DNA from: a virus | IMG/VR virus record: IMGVR_UViG_3300026488_000011 | Span: 121,492 to 185,491 of that record | Length of the DNA stretch: 64,000 nt | Direction: 5' to 3' (one strand) | Shown: positions 29,617 to 39,046 of the stretch, one piece after another | How the letters are laid out: each line of letters opens with the position of its first letter | Numbering within the stretch: the first letter of the stretch is position 1 | Position numbers and translations under genes: made by a program | Notes under the pieces: generated by a model | Told to the model about the DNA's origin: nothing | The model's database searches: none | Seen by the model: only the letters and a program-made list of their open reading frames with translations

Positions 29617-30118
29617 TGTTACTTCCTTTATTTGTAATAATTCTTTCTTTTACACTTTCGCCGTAGTAATCTATAATTAATTTATACAAACGGTTAGGCG
29701 AAATAGATGAAGGTTCTAAATACCACATTGGTTTAAAACCATCTATCTTCAAGGCATTCGCTACTGTCTCAGAGCAAAACCATCTATCTGATCTATCTTG
29801 TGTAGGTAGAATGAAACCTAATATTCCAAACCAATCATAAGGCTGGCCTTTGATGGATTCGTAAAACTCTATGATTCTATCTAAGTTTTCTACCGGTACC
29901 TTTAAGTAATCCCAGTGGTCTTCATTGTACTTATGTGGTTTACATCTGACATGTCCATCTCTAGGCGATGAACTACACTGCATTAGTACATTATCTATAT
30001 TTAGTAGAATTTCCACATGACTATACTTTCCTTTAGTATACCATGCAATTAATTTATCTATCAGGGTAGCATCTTTACGATCAGCTTTATAAAAAGCTAT
30101 TGTGACATATTTTTTCAT
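29591..30118 (-). CDS. Permuted papain-like (NlpC/P60, YaeF/YiiX-type) hydrolase
   Basis: His before Cys: KYSHVEI...G.PYDWFG...RWFCSETVA. Confidence 0.8.
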   Translation of the reverse strand: MKKYVTIAFYKADRKDATLIDKLIAWYTKGKYSHVEILLNIDNVLMQCSSSPRDGHVRCKPHKYNEDHWDYLKVPVENLDRIIEFYESIKGQPYDWFGILGFILPTQDRSDRWFCSETVANALKIDGFKPMWYLEPSSISPNRLYKLIIDYYGESVKERIITNKGSNNDTTDVPY

Positions 30119-30171
30119 TATTTATCCTTTACCATTAGGTAATTAATAATCACTGAAATGTTAAATAAAGT

Positions 30172-30201
30172 AGACTATCAGGGATTAATCCCTGATAGTC
30201 T
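30172..30201 (-). terminator. 30-bp perfect palindrome / terminator centred on a stop codon
   Basis: AGACTATCAGGGATT|AATCCCTGATAGTCT. Confidence 0.75.
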
Positions 30202-30880
30202 TTAATCTAAACGCCATTGCATTTCTAACAATAGGATATCCCCTATTCTGTATATATTTTCCGGTATACGCATCTAGCAGCTCATCGAAAAACTTGTAGT
30301 AAATATGTCTACCGGAAGTAAGGAATTTATCTAATTCTACTAAATCTGTTAATCTAGGTCCATAGTAAAACGTTAAATATTTTTTACCGAAAGAGATTTT
30401 TATCCATAAGAAATGTTTCTTACTACCGTCTTTTAATACAGCAGTGTACCATTCTTTTTCTATTCTACCTGACTTATACTTTTCTACTTTAAGATCTATT
30501 ATATCTTCTGTTTTTAATCCGGTATTCAGTTCATAATTATGTATAGGGTTTCTCATTATGTTCCAAACAAAGAAGTCTATAAACGTGCCTCTGTACTTCT
30601 TTTTTAACAGATGAGGTTTGGACTTCAATACTAATGGATCGAAGAATATACCGTCTTCATCATTACCGTATATAGGTTTCAAGAAACTTGTGTTAATACT
30701 ATATAGAGTTTGAAACTTATTCCAAATGCTATTATCTCTGTATCTGAATAAGTAAATGAACGGACTAAGTATATAACCCATTAGTATAAGAATTAGTCTA
30801 ATAGGCAATTCAAAAATTAGTTTAATATAAAAAATATACTTACTCACTGGTACCTCCTTCGCTAGTACTGGTTGTCTCAC
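30185..30880 (-). CDS. Membrane-anchored phage protein often found near tail fibre genes
   Basis: N-terminal TM segment, GNDEDG and W..RNP..N motifs. Confidence 0.5.
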   Translation of the reverse strand: MRQPVLAKEVPVSKYIFYIKLIFELPIRLILILMGYILSPFIYLFRYRDNSIWNKFQTLYSINTSFLKPIYGNDEDGIFFDPLVLKSKPHLLKKKYRGTFIDFFVWNIMRNPIHNYELNTGLKTEDIIDLKVEKYKSGRIEKEWYTAVLKDGSKKHFLWIKISFGKKYLTFYYGPRLTDLVELDKFLTSGRHIYYKFFDELLDAYTGKYIQNRGYPIVRNAMAFRLKTIRD

Positions 30881-31454
30881 TACTGTCGTCTGTTGTATAT
30901 CCTAATGTTTGCTTTATCTGCTCTTTAAAATCGTCAAGACCATCTAGAATAAGTTGTCTTAAATTAACTGCTTCTAAATCTTCCATAGTTTCTGCTGCTT
31001 CTATAAGCTGTTCTGCTTCCCATTGTTTACCAAACGCATATCTTACATATAAAGCTAGTTCAGTGATTAGTGTGTCAGCTTCGTTTATGTCCATTACTAC
31101 CATGTTTTTATCGTAATCTCTAAAAATAGTGTTAGGACTACCTATTTTCTGATCTGTTCTAATACCCCCATCATAGAGCATCACATCTAATGGTGTGGAT
31201 TGTAATTTAATCCCTTTAATACTCTCGTATCCTTCTCCTAGTATTTCATCTAGTTCTTCTTGTATTTCATTTTTCTTATCTTCTTTATCTTGTGTTAAGT
31301 CTGCTATAATAGTATTGGTTTCAGGATCCCATTTCAGAACACTGGCAGTAGGTATTACTCCTGAGTACGCTATGTAGCCAGGAGGAGTTAAATCGCCCTC
31401 CTGCGCAGGTAATATTTCTACTACAAGATCTCCGCTTACTTTAATAAAAACCAT
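30840..31454 (-). CDS. Tail fibre assembly-type protein (DUF4376-like)
   Basis: FRDYDKNMVVM...WEAEQLIEAAETMEDLEAV; follows the RCC1 fibre gene. Confidence 0.6.
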   Translation of the reverse strand: MVFIKVSGDLVVEILPAQEGDLTPPGYIAYSGVIPTASVLKWDPETNTIIADLTQDKEDKKNEIQEELDEILGEGYESIKGIKLQSTPLDVMLYDGGIRTDQKIGSPNTIFRDYDKNMVVMDINEADTLITELALYVRYAFGKQWEAEQLIEAAETMEDLEAVNLRQLILDGLDDFKEQIKQTLGYTTDDSSETTSTSEGGTSE

Positions 31455-31466
31455 GATTTCTCCTTA

Positions 31467-33287
31467 TTAATAAATATTAGGTAGTTTTATCTTATTAGGA
31501 TAAACAACAGGTACTTTACGATACGGCGATAGTATGTAATCGTCGTTTCCTCCCCAAACATATACTTCGTTGTTATTAGTAACTAAAAAACATGCAAAAC
31601 TATATATGCCAGCAGGTACTTTAGCAAAGAACTTAATCTCATCGCCTCTAACCGGTACAGGTATCTTAACATATTGTAGCATATTGGTATTAACACCTAT
31701 ACCTAATTGGTAACGACCGTTATATCCAGTGCCATATATTCCATCCTTCTTGACGATAAAACTCTGATTAATATGGCATTCCTTAGGATGGTGTTCTTGA
31801 TTGTCTAATATCTTTATTACATCTGTAGCTACAGCTACCGGAGTAAGTTTCTTACCTTTTGATCCGTAACCTACCTGACCGTACCCGGAGTAACCCCATG
31901 AATATAGCACACCATCATCTCTCAGTGCTTTAACACATGAATAACCAGCTAATGCTATGTCTATAAAACGACCTGTCAAATCTAATGGTTCTACAGGTGT
32001 GTGTTGATCTGTGGTATTATTAGTTCCGCAGAAACCTTCTCCATTATAACCAGCTGATAGAATCTTAATTTCTCCTGTATTAGGATTTTCTATTAACATC
32101 GCTACACCGTTTACGGAGTTACCTATCTTATTGTTAAATGCTACTATCTTTTTAACAACAAATCCATCTCTTATCCAGTAGTCTGTTACATCTACGAATG
32201 TAGTAACCAATCCTTTAGTACCGTTACCGAACTGACCATTACCATTAAATCCTGTCATTAGGATTCTACCATCTTTTCTCAAGGCTATAGTAAAACCATA
32301 TCTAGTTCCAATGTTATAAATTTTCTCTACTTCAGTACCTAAATATTCTATTTTTGTAAAACTAGCTCTATCTCTGGTATCGCTTAATCCTAAGGCTCCA
32401 TTATCATTAAAACCTGCTCCATAGATATAACCATCTGATTTCTTAATAAATAGTCTATTATAATCAGGTTCATAGTTCCAGTTAGTAGGATCGTCGAAAA
32501 CATCTACTACATTTGTCGCTACTAATGTAGGAAATCTGATTACATTAGAATGCCCTGCACCGCATTGTCCTCTGGTATTTTTACCCCATGCATATAAGTT
32601 TCCATTCTCTAGTAATACATAGCTATTAGTATAATTATGGTATCCTATCTTTTTGATAGGTACATCTCTTTCAGGTATTAGTAATTGTTGTAGTGCTTTT
32701 ACGCTGATGTCAGCTACTTGATTAGCTGCTCCTCTACCAGAAGTAGGATTCAAAAATCCTGAATTACCGCCAGCTGCTACATATGCCTTACCATTTACTT
32801 TAAAGGTAATACCGTGTATACCGCCTTTTACGTCTTCTATAATATGTTCAGTACCTGTAATTAACCTCTGTAACTCTTTCGGATCAATGTTTTGTAATGC
32901 CTCTATTACAGGATTACCGTCTATTATTTCTTCCTTGGTAAAAACGTTGTCTCCGTTTAATCTATGTAACCTTAATTCTCCAGATTCAAATATTCCTAAA
33001 TAATAGAATCTAGGATCGAGCTCTACTTGATCTACCACATTTATTAGTTCACCATTTAGTAAGATCCTGTAGTCTTTTTTATTTGTCTTAGGTTTTAGTA
33101 AAATATAACTACCATCTTCTTTACTTACCTCTGACAATGTTCTTAGTTCGATTATTGTAGTATCGTCGCTAGTATCGAGTATGGCTTTACCTAATGCTAT
33201 TTCGGTGCTGTCTATAAATCTATCGCCAAACTTTAAAGATTTTTTGTCATCTACAAAGATAGTATTGTTATTAATTCCTAAACTCAT
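31467..33287 (-). CDS. RCC1/BLIP-II-like beta-propeller receptor-binding protein
   Basis: Repeats GNLYAWGKNTRGQCG, GYIYGAGFNDNGALG, GRILMTGFNGNGQFG, SAGYNGEGFCG, LYSWGYSGYGQVG, YGTGYNGRYQLG. Confidence 0.8.
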   Translation of the reverse strand: MSLGINNNTIFVDDKKSLKFGDRFIDSTEIALGKAILDTSDDTTIIELRTLSEVSKEDGSYILLKPKTNKKDYRILLNGELINVVDQVELDPRFYYLGIFESGELRLHRLNGDNVFTKEEIIDGNPVIEALQNIDPKELQRLITGTEHIIEDVKGGIHGITFKVNGKAYVAAGGNSGFLNPTSGRGAANQVADISVKALQQLLIPERDVPIKKIGYHNYTNSYVLLENGNLYAWGKNTRGQCGAGHSNVIRFPTLVATNVVDVFDDPTNWNYEPDYNRLFIKKSDGYIYGAGFNDNGALGLSDTRDRASFTKIEYLGTEVEKIYNIGTRYGFTIALRKDGRILMTGFNGNGQFGNGTKGLVTTFVDVTDYWIRDGFVVKKIVAFNNKIGNSVNGVAMLIENPNTGEIKILSAGYNGEGFCGTNNTTDQHTPVEPLDLTGRFIDIALAGYSCVKALRDDGVLYSWGYSGYGQVGYGSKGKKLTPVAVATDVIKILDNQEHHPKECHINQSFIVKKDGIYGTGYNGRYQLGIGVNTNMLQYVKIPVPVRGDEIKFFAKVPAGIYSFACFLVTNNNEVYVWGGNDDYILSPYRKVPVVYPNKIKLPNIY

Positions 33288-33298
33288 ATTTACTCCTT

Positions 33299-33994
33299 TT
33301 AGATTATTTTAAGATATGCATTATCTGCTACAAATAGACTATCAAACCTAATGGGACCTACTAAGGTTCTATTATATCCCTCTTCTACTCTAATGGTAGA
33401 AAGGTATGCAGGATTAACTACACCAGCGTTGTTTTCATCTATAGCCATTCCTCCCTCTATCCTTATACCATTTTTGAAAATTACAGTATCCTCAAATGTT
33501 TTAATACCTCTAATATCATCGTCTTTATCTATTGTAACAAATTCTTCTCTTCTAATAGAAAAATCGAAGTCGGTAGGGACTATCTGACCTAATATATAAG
33601 GTAGGTCTAACCAGTGGGTAATACCGTCTCCTAACTTAAACCTAATTTGCTCATCGTCCAACTCAATACCTAACTGATTATTACCTAATACAGGATTAGT
33701 AGTTTCCCAAACTTCTCTGGTGTATTTCATTACTTCTAAAGTTAAGGGACTAGGAGATATGATGTATATCTTATTATCACTATTTTCTACGTCTATAGGT
33801 ACCGTATTATCCGTCACAGGTTCTAAGTTTCCTGTTTTTAAGTCATTTTCTAAGTTAGTAGAAACGAAATTTCTTACTACTATATAAAGATCATCTTTTT
33901 CGGAATCAGTAATTATAGTGTCTTTTCTATATGGTGTATTTGGTGCATATACCGGTATACTACTAGTACTACCGGAGTATATGATTTGTGCCAT
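33299..33994 (-). CDS. Fibre adaptor with major-tropism-determinant N-terminal-like domain
   Basis: WETTNPVLGNNQLGIELDD...FKLGDGITHWLDLPY; IRGIKTF fibre motif. Confidence 0.65.
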   Translation of the reverse strand: MAQIIYSGSTSSIPVYAPNTPYRKDTIITDSEKDDLYIVVRNFVSTNLENDLKTGNLEPVTDNTVPIDVENSDNKIYIISPSPLTLEVMKYTREVWETTNPVLGNNQLGIELDDEQIRFKLGDGITHWLDLPYILGQIVPTDFDFSIRREEFVTIDKDDDIRGIKTFEDTVIFKNGIRIEGGMAIDENNAGVVNPAYLSTIRVEEGYNRTLVGPIRFDSLFVADNAYLKII

Positions 33995-34032
33995 GTCTAC
34001 TCCTTACTATCACTTGTTCAAAAGAACTTATA

Positions 34033-34064
34033 GATTAATAGGAGACTATTGTCTCCTATTAATC
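34033..34064 (-). terminator. 14-bp-stem hairpin overlapping a stop codon
   Basis: GATTAATAGGAGAC-TATT-GTCTCCTATTAATC. Confidence 0.7.
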
Positions 34065-37000
34065 AGATTCTTTAAATAGATTACCGTAAGCGCTTAATAC
34101 ACTAATGTTAGGTTTGTCAATCAGGAAACCTCTCTGTAGTTTTCTAAATCCGTTAACGGACACTACATCGTTAAATTTTACGACTTTTGTAACTGTATTT
34201 ACATCATAATCTGTTAATTCAATATTGTTAGAATCTACTACTTTTATTTTCTTACTAAGTCTTAAAGACTCTGGAACCTGTGAAAGATCATAAGTTAATC
34301 TAATTTTCTTGTATTCTTCTTTAAATAGCTTTTGAATCTCTGAAGGAGATAACGATCTGTTAAAGATTCTTAGCTGGTCTATAGATCCGTTCAAATATGA
34401 ACTTAATGTATCTCCGTAACGATGAACACCTAATAGTCCAGTCATGCCATCGTTAAATATTAAGTCACCTGTATAAGCAACTGTGTATGATTTAACACCA
34501 TTAATCCACAAAGTAATTGTTTTAGCAGTTACATCATGAGTAATTGTTAGCAACTTAGGACTGTTAAAGATGTCTTTAGGAAAATAATATATCTTTTGCT
34601 CATTATCTTCCGTTCCTTTTACGGTAAATTCAAAATATATACTATCGCTACTTCCTACGAGTACGCCTCCCTTGCAATCAGCGCTGCTTCCATCAGTGTC
34701 TAAATTTCTGATATTTAAAAACGTACCAGATCCATCAGATTGGAACCATCCAGAAACGGTGTATGACTTTTGTGTAAACACGTCGTCCAGATTACCTATG
34801 TTGATATAAGTATTTCCATCGAAATAGGCAGCATCGTCGTACTTACCAAGAGTGTAAAGTTCATTTCCGTTCCAAGTAGGATTATAATTGCCTAACTTGT
34901 CCTCTATGTTACCATCCATAGGCATGAATAATACAGCAGAATTATCTCCAAATGGATCAGGGTTATTTACTGTGCTGTCTAGTACTAACTCACCATTACC
35001 AATGCTAGTACCGGCATCTGTAATAATGTTAAAATCTTTATTTGCTATATCCACGATTTCTGGTTCTAAGATTTCTGCTTCGCTATCTGTCTTTGTTAAA
35101 ATGTTTTTAGGCCTATGCATAGGTAGTAAAACCCCTAGTCCTTCTACTGCAATCTCGCTAGGTACTATTATTCTTTTAATTTGTTCCTTGTAGAGACTGT
35201 ATACCTCGTCACTATTTAATACTCTACCAGTAATTCTAATTTGATCAATTTTATCTCCTGCAGATAAGAAATTATTATAGACCGTACTACCGTTATTATC
35301 ATCAATATCAGCGCCGAATACAATTGGTGTATTTATTATACTTCCAGGAATTTCAAAGAGATCCTCTGCTACTAGTTTTCCGTTAATACAAATGTTTCCA
35401 TTGTTGGTAACTACAATGTGATGCCATTTACCAGTAGTGAAATAATCATCCAGACTGGTTATAAATTTAGGATTTTCAGTACCAGCAACTACTGCGTATG
35501 TTGTTCCTACATTCCCGTTATGTGTACTCACTGCTACATTCTTCCATAATTGGAGTGTGTTTGAATTATCTTTACTAATAGTGAATATGGTTGTGTTATC
35601 GTTATTATCAGTAGTATTTTCTAGAGGATCGGTAGCTGGATAATACCAAAAACTTAATGAGAATTCATCTGGTAATGTATCAATATTTGTCTTTAGATAG
35701 CTGCTTCCATCGTATAGCAGTGCCTTGCCTCCGAATACTCCGTCGTCATATTGCTCAGTACCTATTACTTCTGCTGTATGATTTCCTGTAAGATCTTCTG
35801 TAGTAGACTTATCAAATGTAAATACTGCTACAACTTCACTATCTTCATTTTCAAATACATTAGCTTTACTAAGTGTACCTTCTAGGGTAATATCATCTTT
35901 AGTTAGTACCTTAGAACCTTTAGTAGTTAATAATATGTCTTCCTCGTCAACATTTGTAATAGGCAGGGCATTACTCTTAATAACGTTATCAGAACCTAAC
36001 TTCATTTCTACTGGTACAGTCTCAAACGTACTAAATACTTCTTCATCAGTATGGAATGCAAGTTTATCATTGCCTTTAAACGTTATTAATTTTGGTTCTT
36101 CTTCTAAGTTTAGATTTGAAATATCGTACACGTTACACTTCAATGCTTCATTGTACACTATAGAAGCTTCATTATCGTTTAGCACTTTCTTAAACAATCT
36201 TACTTGGTCTATGTAGCCCGTTACTGATATATTATATTTCGCGTCATATCTAGTTAAGATACCTAATTCAATAAGGTAATTGGATTCTTCGTTGCCTCCA
36301 CTATACAACCAGTCTTTGTTACTAGCACTTACAGTGTCCCCGAATACTAATTCGCCATTTATATAAATATTTAGATACCCAGTTGATTTATTGTATCCTG
36401 AAGTAACATGGTACCACTTATCAGGATCAATCTTAAACCCGGTTTTTGTCCATGTCCAGTTATCTTCACCTGCTGCGTATACTAGTTCACCATCACTGTC
36501 GATACCTAATTCATAAAGACGATAACCAGCATTAAGCAATGTGATATCGTATGTAGTGTCTCCGACTGTTGGATAATCGCCATTCCAGTTAAACCAGAAA
36601 CTCACTGTTAATTCATCATCGAGATAATCTGCTAACTTAGTAGATACACCGAATCTATGGTCTGGGTTAACTTTCAAGGCGTACCCGTATTTACCATTAG
36701 TAAACAGCGGGGTCACGTCGGCAGGATCTGGCGTGTCAGTATTATTATACGTGTTACCATCGGTTACTCTACCTGGGATATACTTAAATTCATTATCTAT
36801 GTTACCTTCGAATCTAAATAGTCCTATAGCCGAACGATCGCCTAATATATCTAGATACGTGACTCCTGCGCCATTTATAGTATTATAATCAATAAACGAA
36901 GCCTCTGTTTCCTCCATAGTATTGTCGTTTTTTATTAATAGCAAGTTTTTATTTTTACTTAACTTCATCATTATTTCGTCTATAACGCTTTCATCAGTCA

Positions 37001-37211
37001 CCGGCCTACATATATCACGAACTGCATTATAAGGCAAAACTACCTTGTCTTTTCCATATGGAAATAGTCTAAAACCTTTAGTAGTTAAGCTATTATCTTT
37101 AACACTAGTCCAGTTCTTATCTGTCGCGTCTTGCTCTACATATGTTTCCGCGTAAAACGCCTCTTTTGTTTTATCATAGATCCTGTTTTCAGGTGTAAAT
37201 AAAATATTCAT
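34059..37211 (-). CDS. Second receptor-binding protein with three LamG domains
   Basis: Three repeats ending IDQVRLFKKVL / IDQIRITGRVL / IDQLRIFNRSL; C-terminus GFRKLQRG parallels GYRAVQRG of 25534..28419. Confidence 0.8.
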   Translation of the reverse strand: MNILFTPENRIYDKTKEAFYAETYVEQDATDKNWTSVKDNSLTTKGFRLFPYGKDKVVLPYNAVRDICRPVTDESVIDEIMMKLSKNKNLLLIKNDNTMEETEASFIDYNTINGAGVTYLDILGDRSAIGLFRFEGNIDNEFKYIPGRVTDGNTYNNTDTPDPADVTPLFTNGKYGYALKVNPDHRFGVSTKLADYLDDELTVSFWFNWNGDYPTVGDTTYDITLLNAGYRLYELGIDSDGELVYAAGEDNWTWTKTGFKIDPDKWYHVTSGYNKSTGYLNIYINGELVFGDTVSASNKDWLYSGGNEESNYLIELGILTRYDAKYNISVTGYIDQVRLFKKVLNDNEASIVYNEALKCNVYDISNLNLEEEPKLITFKGNDKLAFHTDEEVFSTFETVPVEMKLGSDNVIKSNALPITNVDEEDILLTTKGSKVLTKDDITLEGTLSKANVFENEDSEVVAVFTFDKSTTEDLTGNHTAEVIGTEQYDDGVFGGKALLYDGSSYLKTNIDTLPDEFSLSFWYYPATDPLENTTDNNDNTTIFTISKDNSNTLQLWKNVAVSTHNGNVGTTYAVVAGTENPKFITSLDDYFTTGKWHHIVVTNNGNICINGKLVAEDLFEIPGSIINTPIVFGADIDDNNGSTVYNNFLSAGDKIDQIRITGRVLNSDEVYSLYKEQIKRIIVPSEIAVEGLGVLLPMHRPKNILTKTDSEAEILEPEIVDIANKDFNIITDAGTSIGNGELVLDSTVNNPDPFGDNSAVLFMPMDGNIEDKLGNYNPTWNGNELYTLGKYDDAAYFDGNTYINIGNLDDVFTQKSYTVSGWFQSDGSGTFLNIRNLDTDGSSADCKGGVLVGSSDSIYFEFTVKGTEDNEQKIYYFPKDIFNSPKLLTITHDVTAKTITLWINGVKSYTVAYTGDLIFNDGMTGLLGVHRYGDTLSSYLNGSIDQLRIFNRSLSPSEIQKLFKEEYKKIRLTYDLSQVPESLRLSKKIKVVDSNNIELTDYDVNTVTKVVKFNDVVSVNGFRKLQRGFLIDKPNISVLSAYGNLFKESD

Positions 37212-37222
37212 GTTCTCTCCTT

Positions 37223-37948
37223 TTATCTCATTCCGTCTGTATTATCAGAGGTAGTTAAATATTCAAAGTTTACTGAATTATCTCCATCCATATACACAAT
37301 AGGATCATCGTTATTTATTATCTGGTCACTTACTTCAGGAACTAATTCAGCCTTTAAGTAAAATATCACAGGATCACTAATTAAGTAACCCGGCTTAGCT
37401 GCTGCTAATTTAATTTCTATTGTAGTAGATTCTGATATATTCTCCAAATTGATTAGTAGTTTATTATTATTTAAGACAGCTTCACCTGCACTAGTAAAGA
37501 CATAATATATAGATTTAGGATCATAATTTAGAATATTATATTCCGCTACTGTTCCAACGTAGACTTTACTAGGTCCACTGACCTTAGGTGTTTCAGTTAT
37601 ATACTTATCTAAGTTTATTTGTGCTGCTACTTCTGGTAATGTATCTAGCCAACCGCTTCCATCAAAAAACTTGAGTTTTTTATCGTTAATGTCTAAGTAA
37701 TAATCTCCTGGTTGTAATGGAGCTCCATCTGGTCTACTCGAAGGTGTTCCTTCATATGCTCCAATATATCTTTTACCAAATACATTAATCAGTTTACTAA
37801 TATTAGGTATCTTCTTTTCAATAACATTGCCTAATTGGTCTCTTACCACCCACATGATATCTTTATCATTTACTGGGTCTAGGAGATCATTCAGTACTTT
37901 GCTGATGTTTATCACATTCTCGGATATCGTTCTCCATGGTAATGCCAT
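37223..37948 (-). CDS. LPW-module fibre adaptor protein
   Basis: MALPWRTISENVINISKVLND..., close paralog of 28434..29285. Confidence 0.7.
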   Translation of the reverse strand: MALPWRTISENVINISKVLNDLLDPVNDKDIMWVVRDQLGNVIEKKIPNISKLINVFGKRYIGAYEGTPSSRPDGAPLQPGDYYLDINDKKLKFFDGSGWLDTLPEVAAQINLDKYITETPKVSGPSKVYVGTVAEYNILNYDPKSIYYVFTSAGEAVLNNNKLLINLENISESTTIEIKLAAAKPGYLISDPVIFYLKAELVPEVSDQIINNDDPIVYMDGDNSVNFEYLTTSDNTDGMR

Positions 37949-37958
37949 TTTATTCTCC

Positions 37959-38459
37959 TTAAATTGTTTTAGCTGTACTGTATATAATAGTAGCTACAGT
38001 GTTAGTTAATAATTCATTAGCCACATCATGTACCTCTTCTAAACTATCATTTAGCTCTAATACGTAATTTTCAGATAGTACTGGTTCTAACTCATTGGCA
38101 GTAGTTTTATCAGCTACGTATGGTAAACTATTTAATCTAAACTGTACAGGATTACCATCTGCATCTTCGAAATTAAGTGTAACCATTACATTATATTCTA
38201 CACCTACTCTGAAAAGTGATTTATCGACGTATAGTACAGTTAAGTTGTCTGTATCGTTAGGTCTATCTATTACAGGATTATTATTTTCATCTTCTACATA
38301 CCAACTAGTAGAAGTATGAGTGTATCCGTCTTTTACATCCAGGTTTAATATTTTATATTTGAATTTTCCTTCAGGAATACCTGGATCAGTAGTGTTAACC
38401 TCTATATAAGGTATGCCATTTACTGGTATTAACATATTATCTCCTTTATTAGAATTCAA
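37959..38459 (-). CDS. Virion protein with one H-x-x-T-x-W beta-sandwich (FN3-like) module
   Basis: YTHTSTSWYVED...DNLT.L.V...L...G.EY; shared with 42305..43093 and 62897..63820. Confidence 0.5.
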   Translation of the reverse strand: MNSNKGDNMLIPVNGIPYIEVNTTDPGIPEGKFKYKILNLDVKDGYTHTSTSWYVEDENNNPVIDRPNDTDNLTVLYVDKSLFRVGVEYNVMVTLNFEDADGNPVQFRLNSLPYVADKTTANELEPVLSENYVLELNDSLEEVHDVANELLTNTVATIIYSTAKTI

Positions 38460-38477
38460 GTTAAGACGACAGGAGCA

Positions 38478-39035
38478 CTAGCTCTCTGCCGTCTTTATAA
38501 CTAATGTTTTATTATCAAAATCTATACTAGCGTTAATGGCTTTTTCTAAATCAGTCAATGCATTAATCTGTTCTTCAATAGTCCATTTAGTTTTATATAC
38601 TTCCTGACCTGCTAAAATGATTTCTTTTTTAATAGCTTTTAAATCAGCTTTAGTTACAGTAACGAATGTGTTATCGGCTAATCTGAATTCCACTGTATCG
38701 GTATCATCTTCTAAAATAGATAAGAGTCCGTCAATATTTGTAAGGGCTTTATAACCCGCATCTATATCTTTATCTATAGTAGTAGAATGAATTGTCGATT
38801 TTTGTAATCTATTCTCTGTAATAGTTTTAAGTTTATTTAATAATTTGTTTTTAAAGTACTCTAATCTTTCTTCGTTTGTAAAGGCAGGTTCAGGTATATT
38901 ACCTGCCTCGATCCATTTTTGAATTAGTCTGTAAATCTCATTGTTAGTGTCCAGCGGTACAAACATGCTGTTGTACATATAACCAGTCAAGTCTCCTGTT
39001 TCTATGTTCCTGATTTCTTTAATCCTACCAATCAT
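38478..39035 (-). CDS. Tail fibre assembly-type protein (DUF4376-like)
   Basis: VPLDTNNEIY..IQKWIEAGNIPEPA; FRLADNTFVTVT. Confidence 0.7.
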   Translation of the reverse strand: MIGRIKEIRNIETGDLTGYMYNSMFVPLDTNNEIYRLIQKWIEAGNIPEPAFTNEERLEYFKNKLLNKLKTITENRLQKSTIHSTTIDKDIDAGYKALTNIDGLLSILEDDTDTVEFRLADNTFVTVTKADLKAIKKEIILAGQEVYKTKWTIEEQINALTDLEKAINASIDFDNKTLVIKTAES

Positions 39036-39046
39036 TCTTTATCCTT

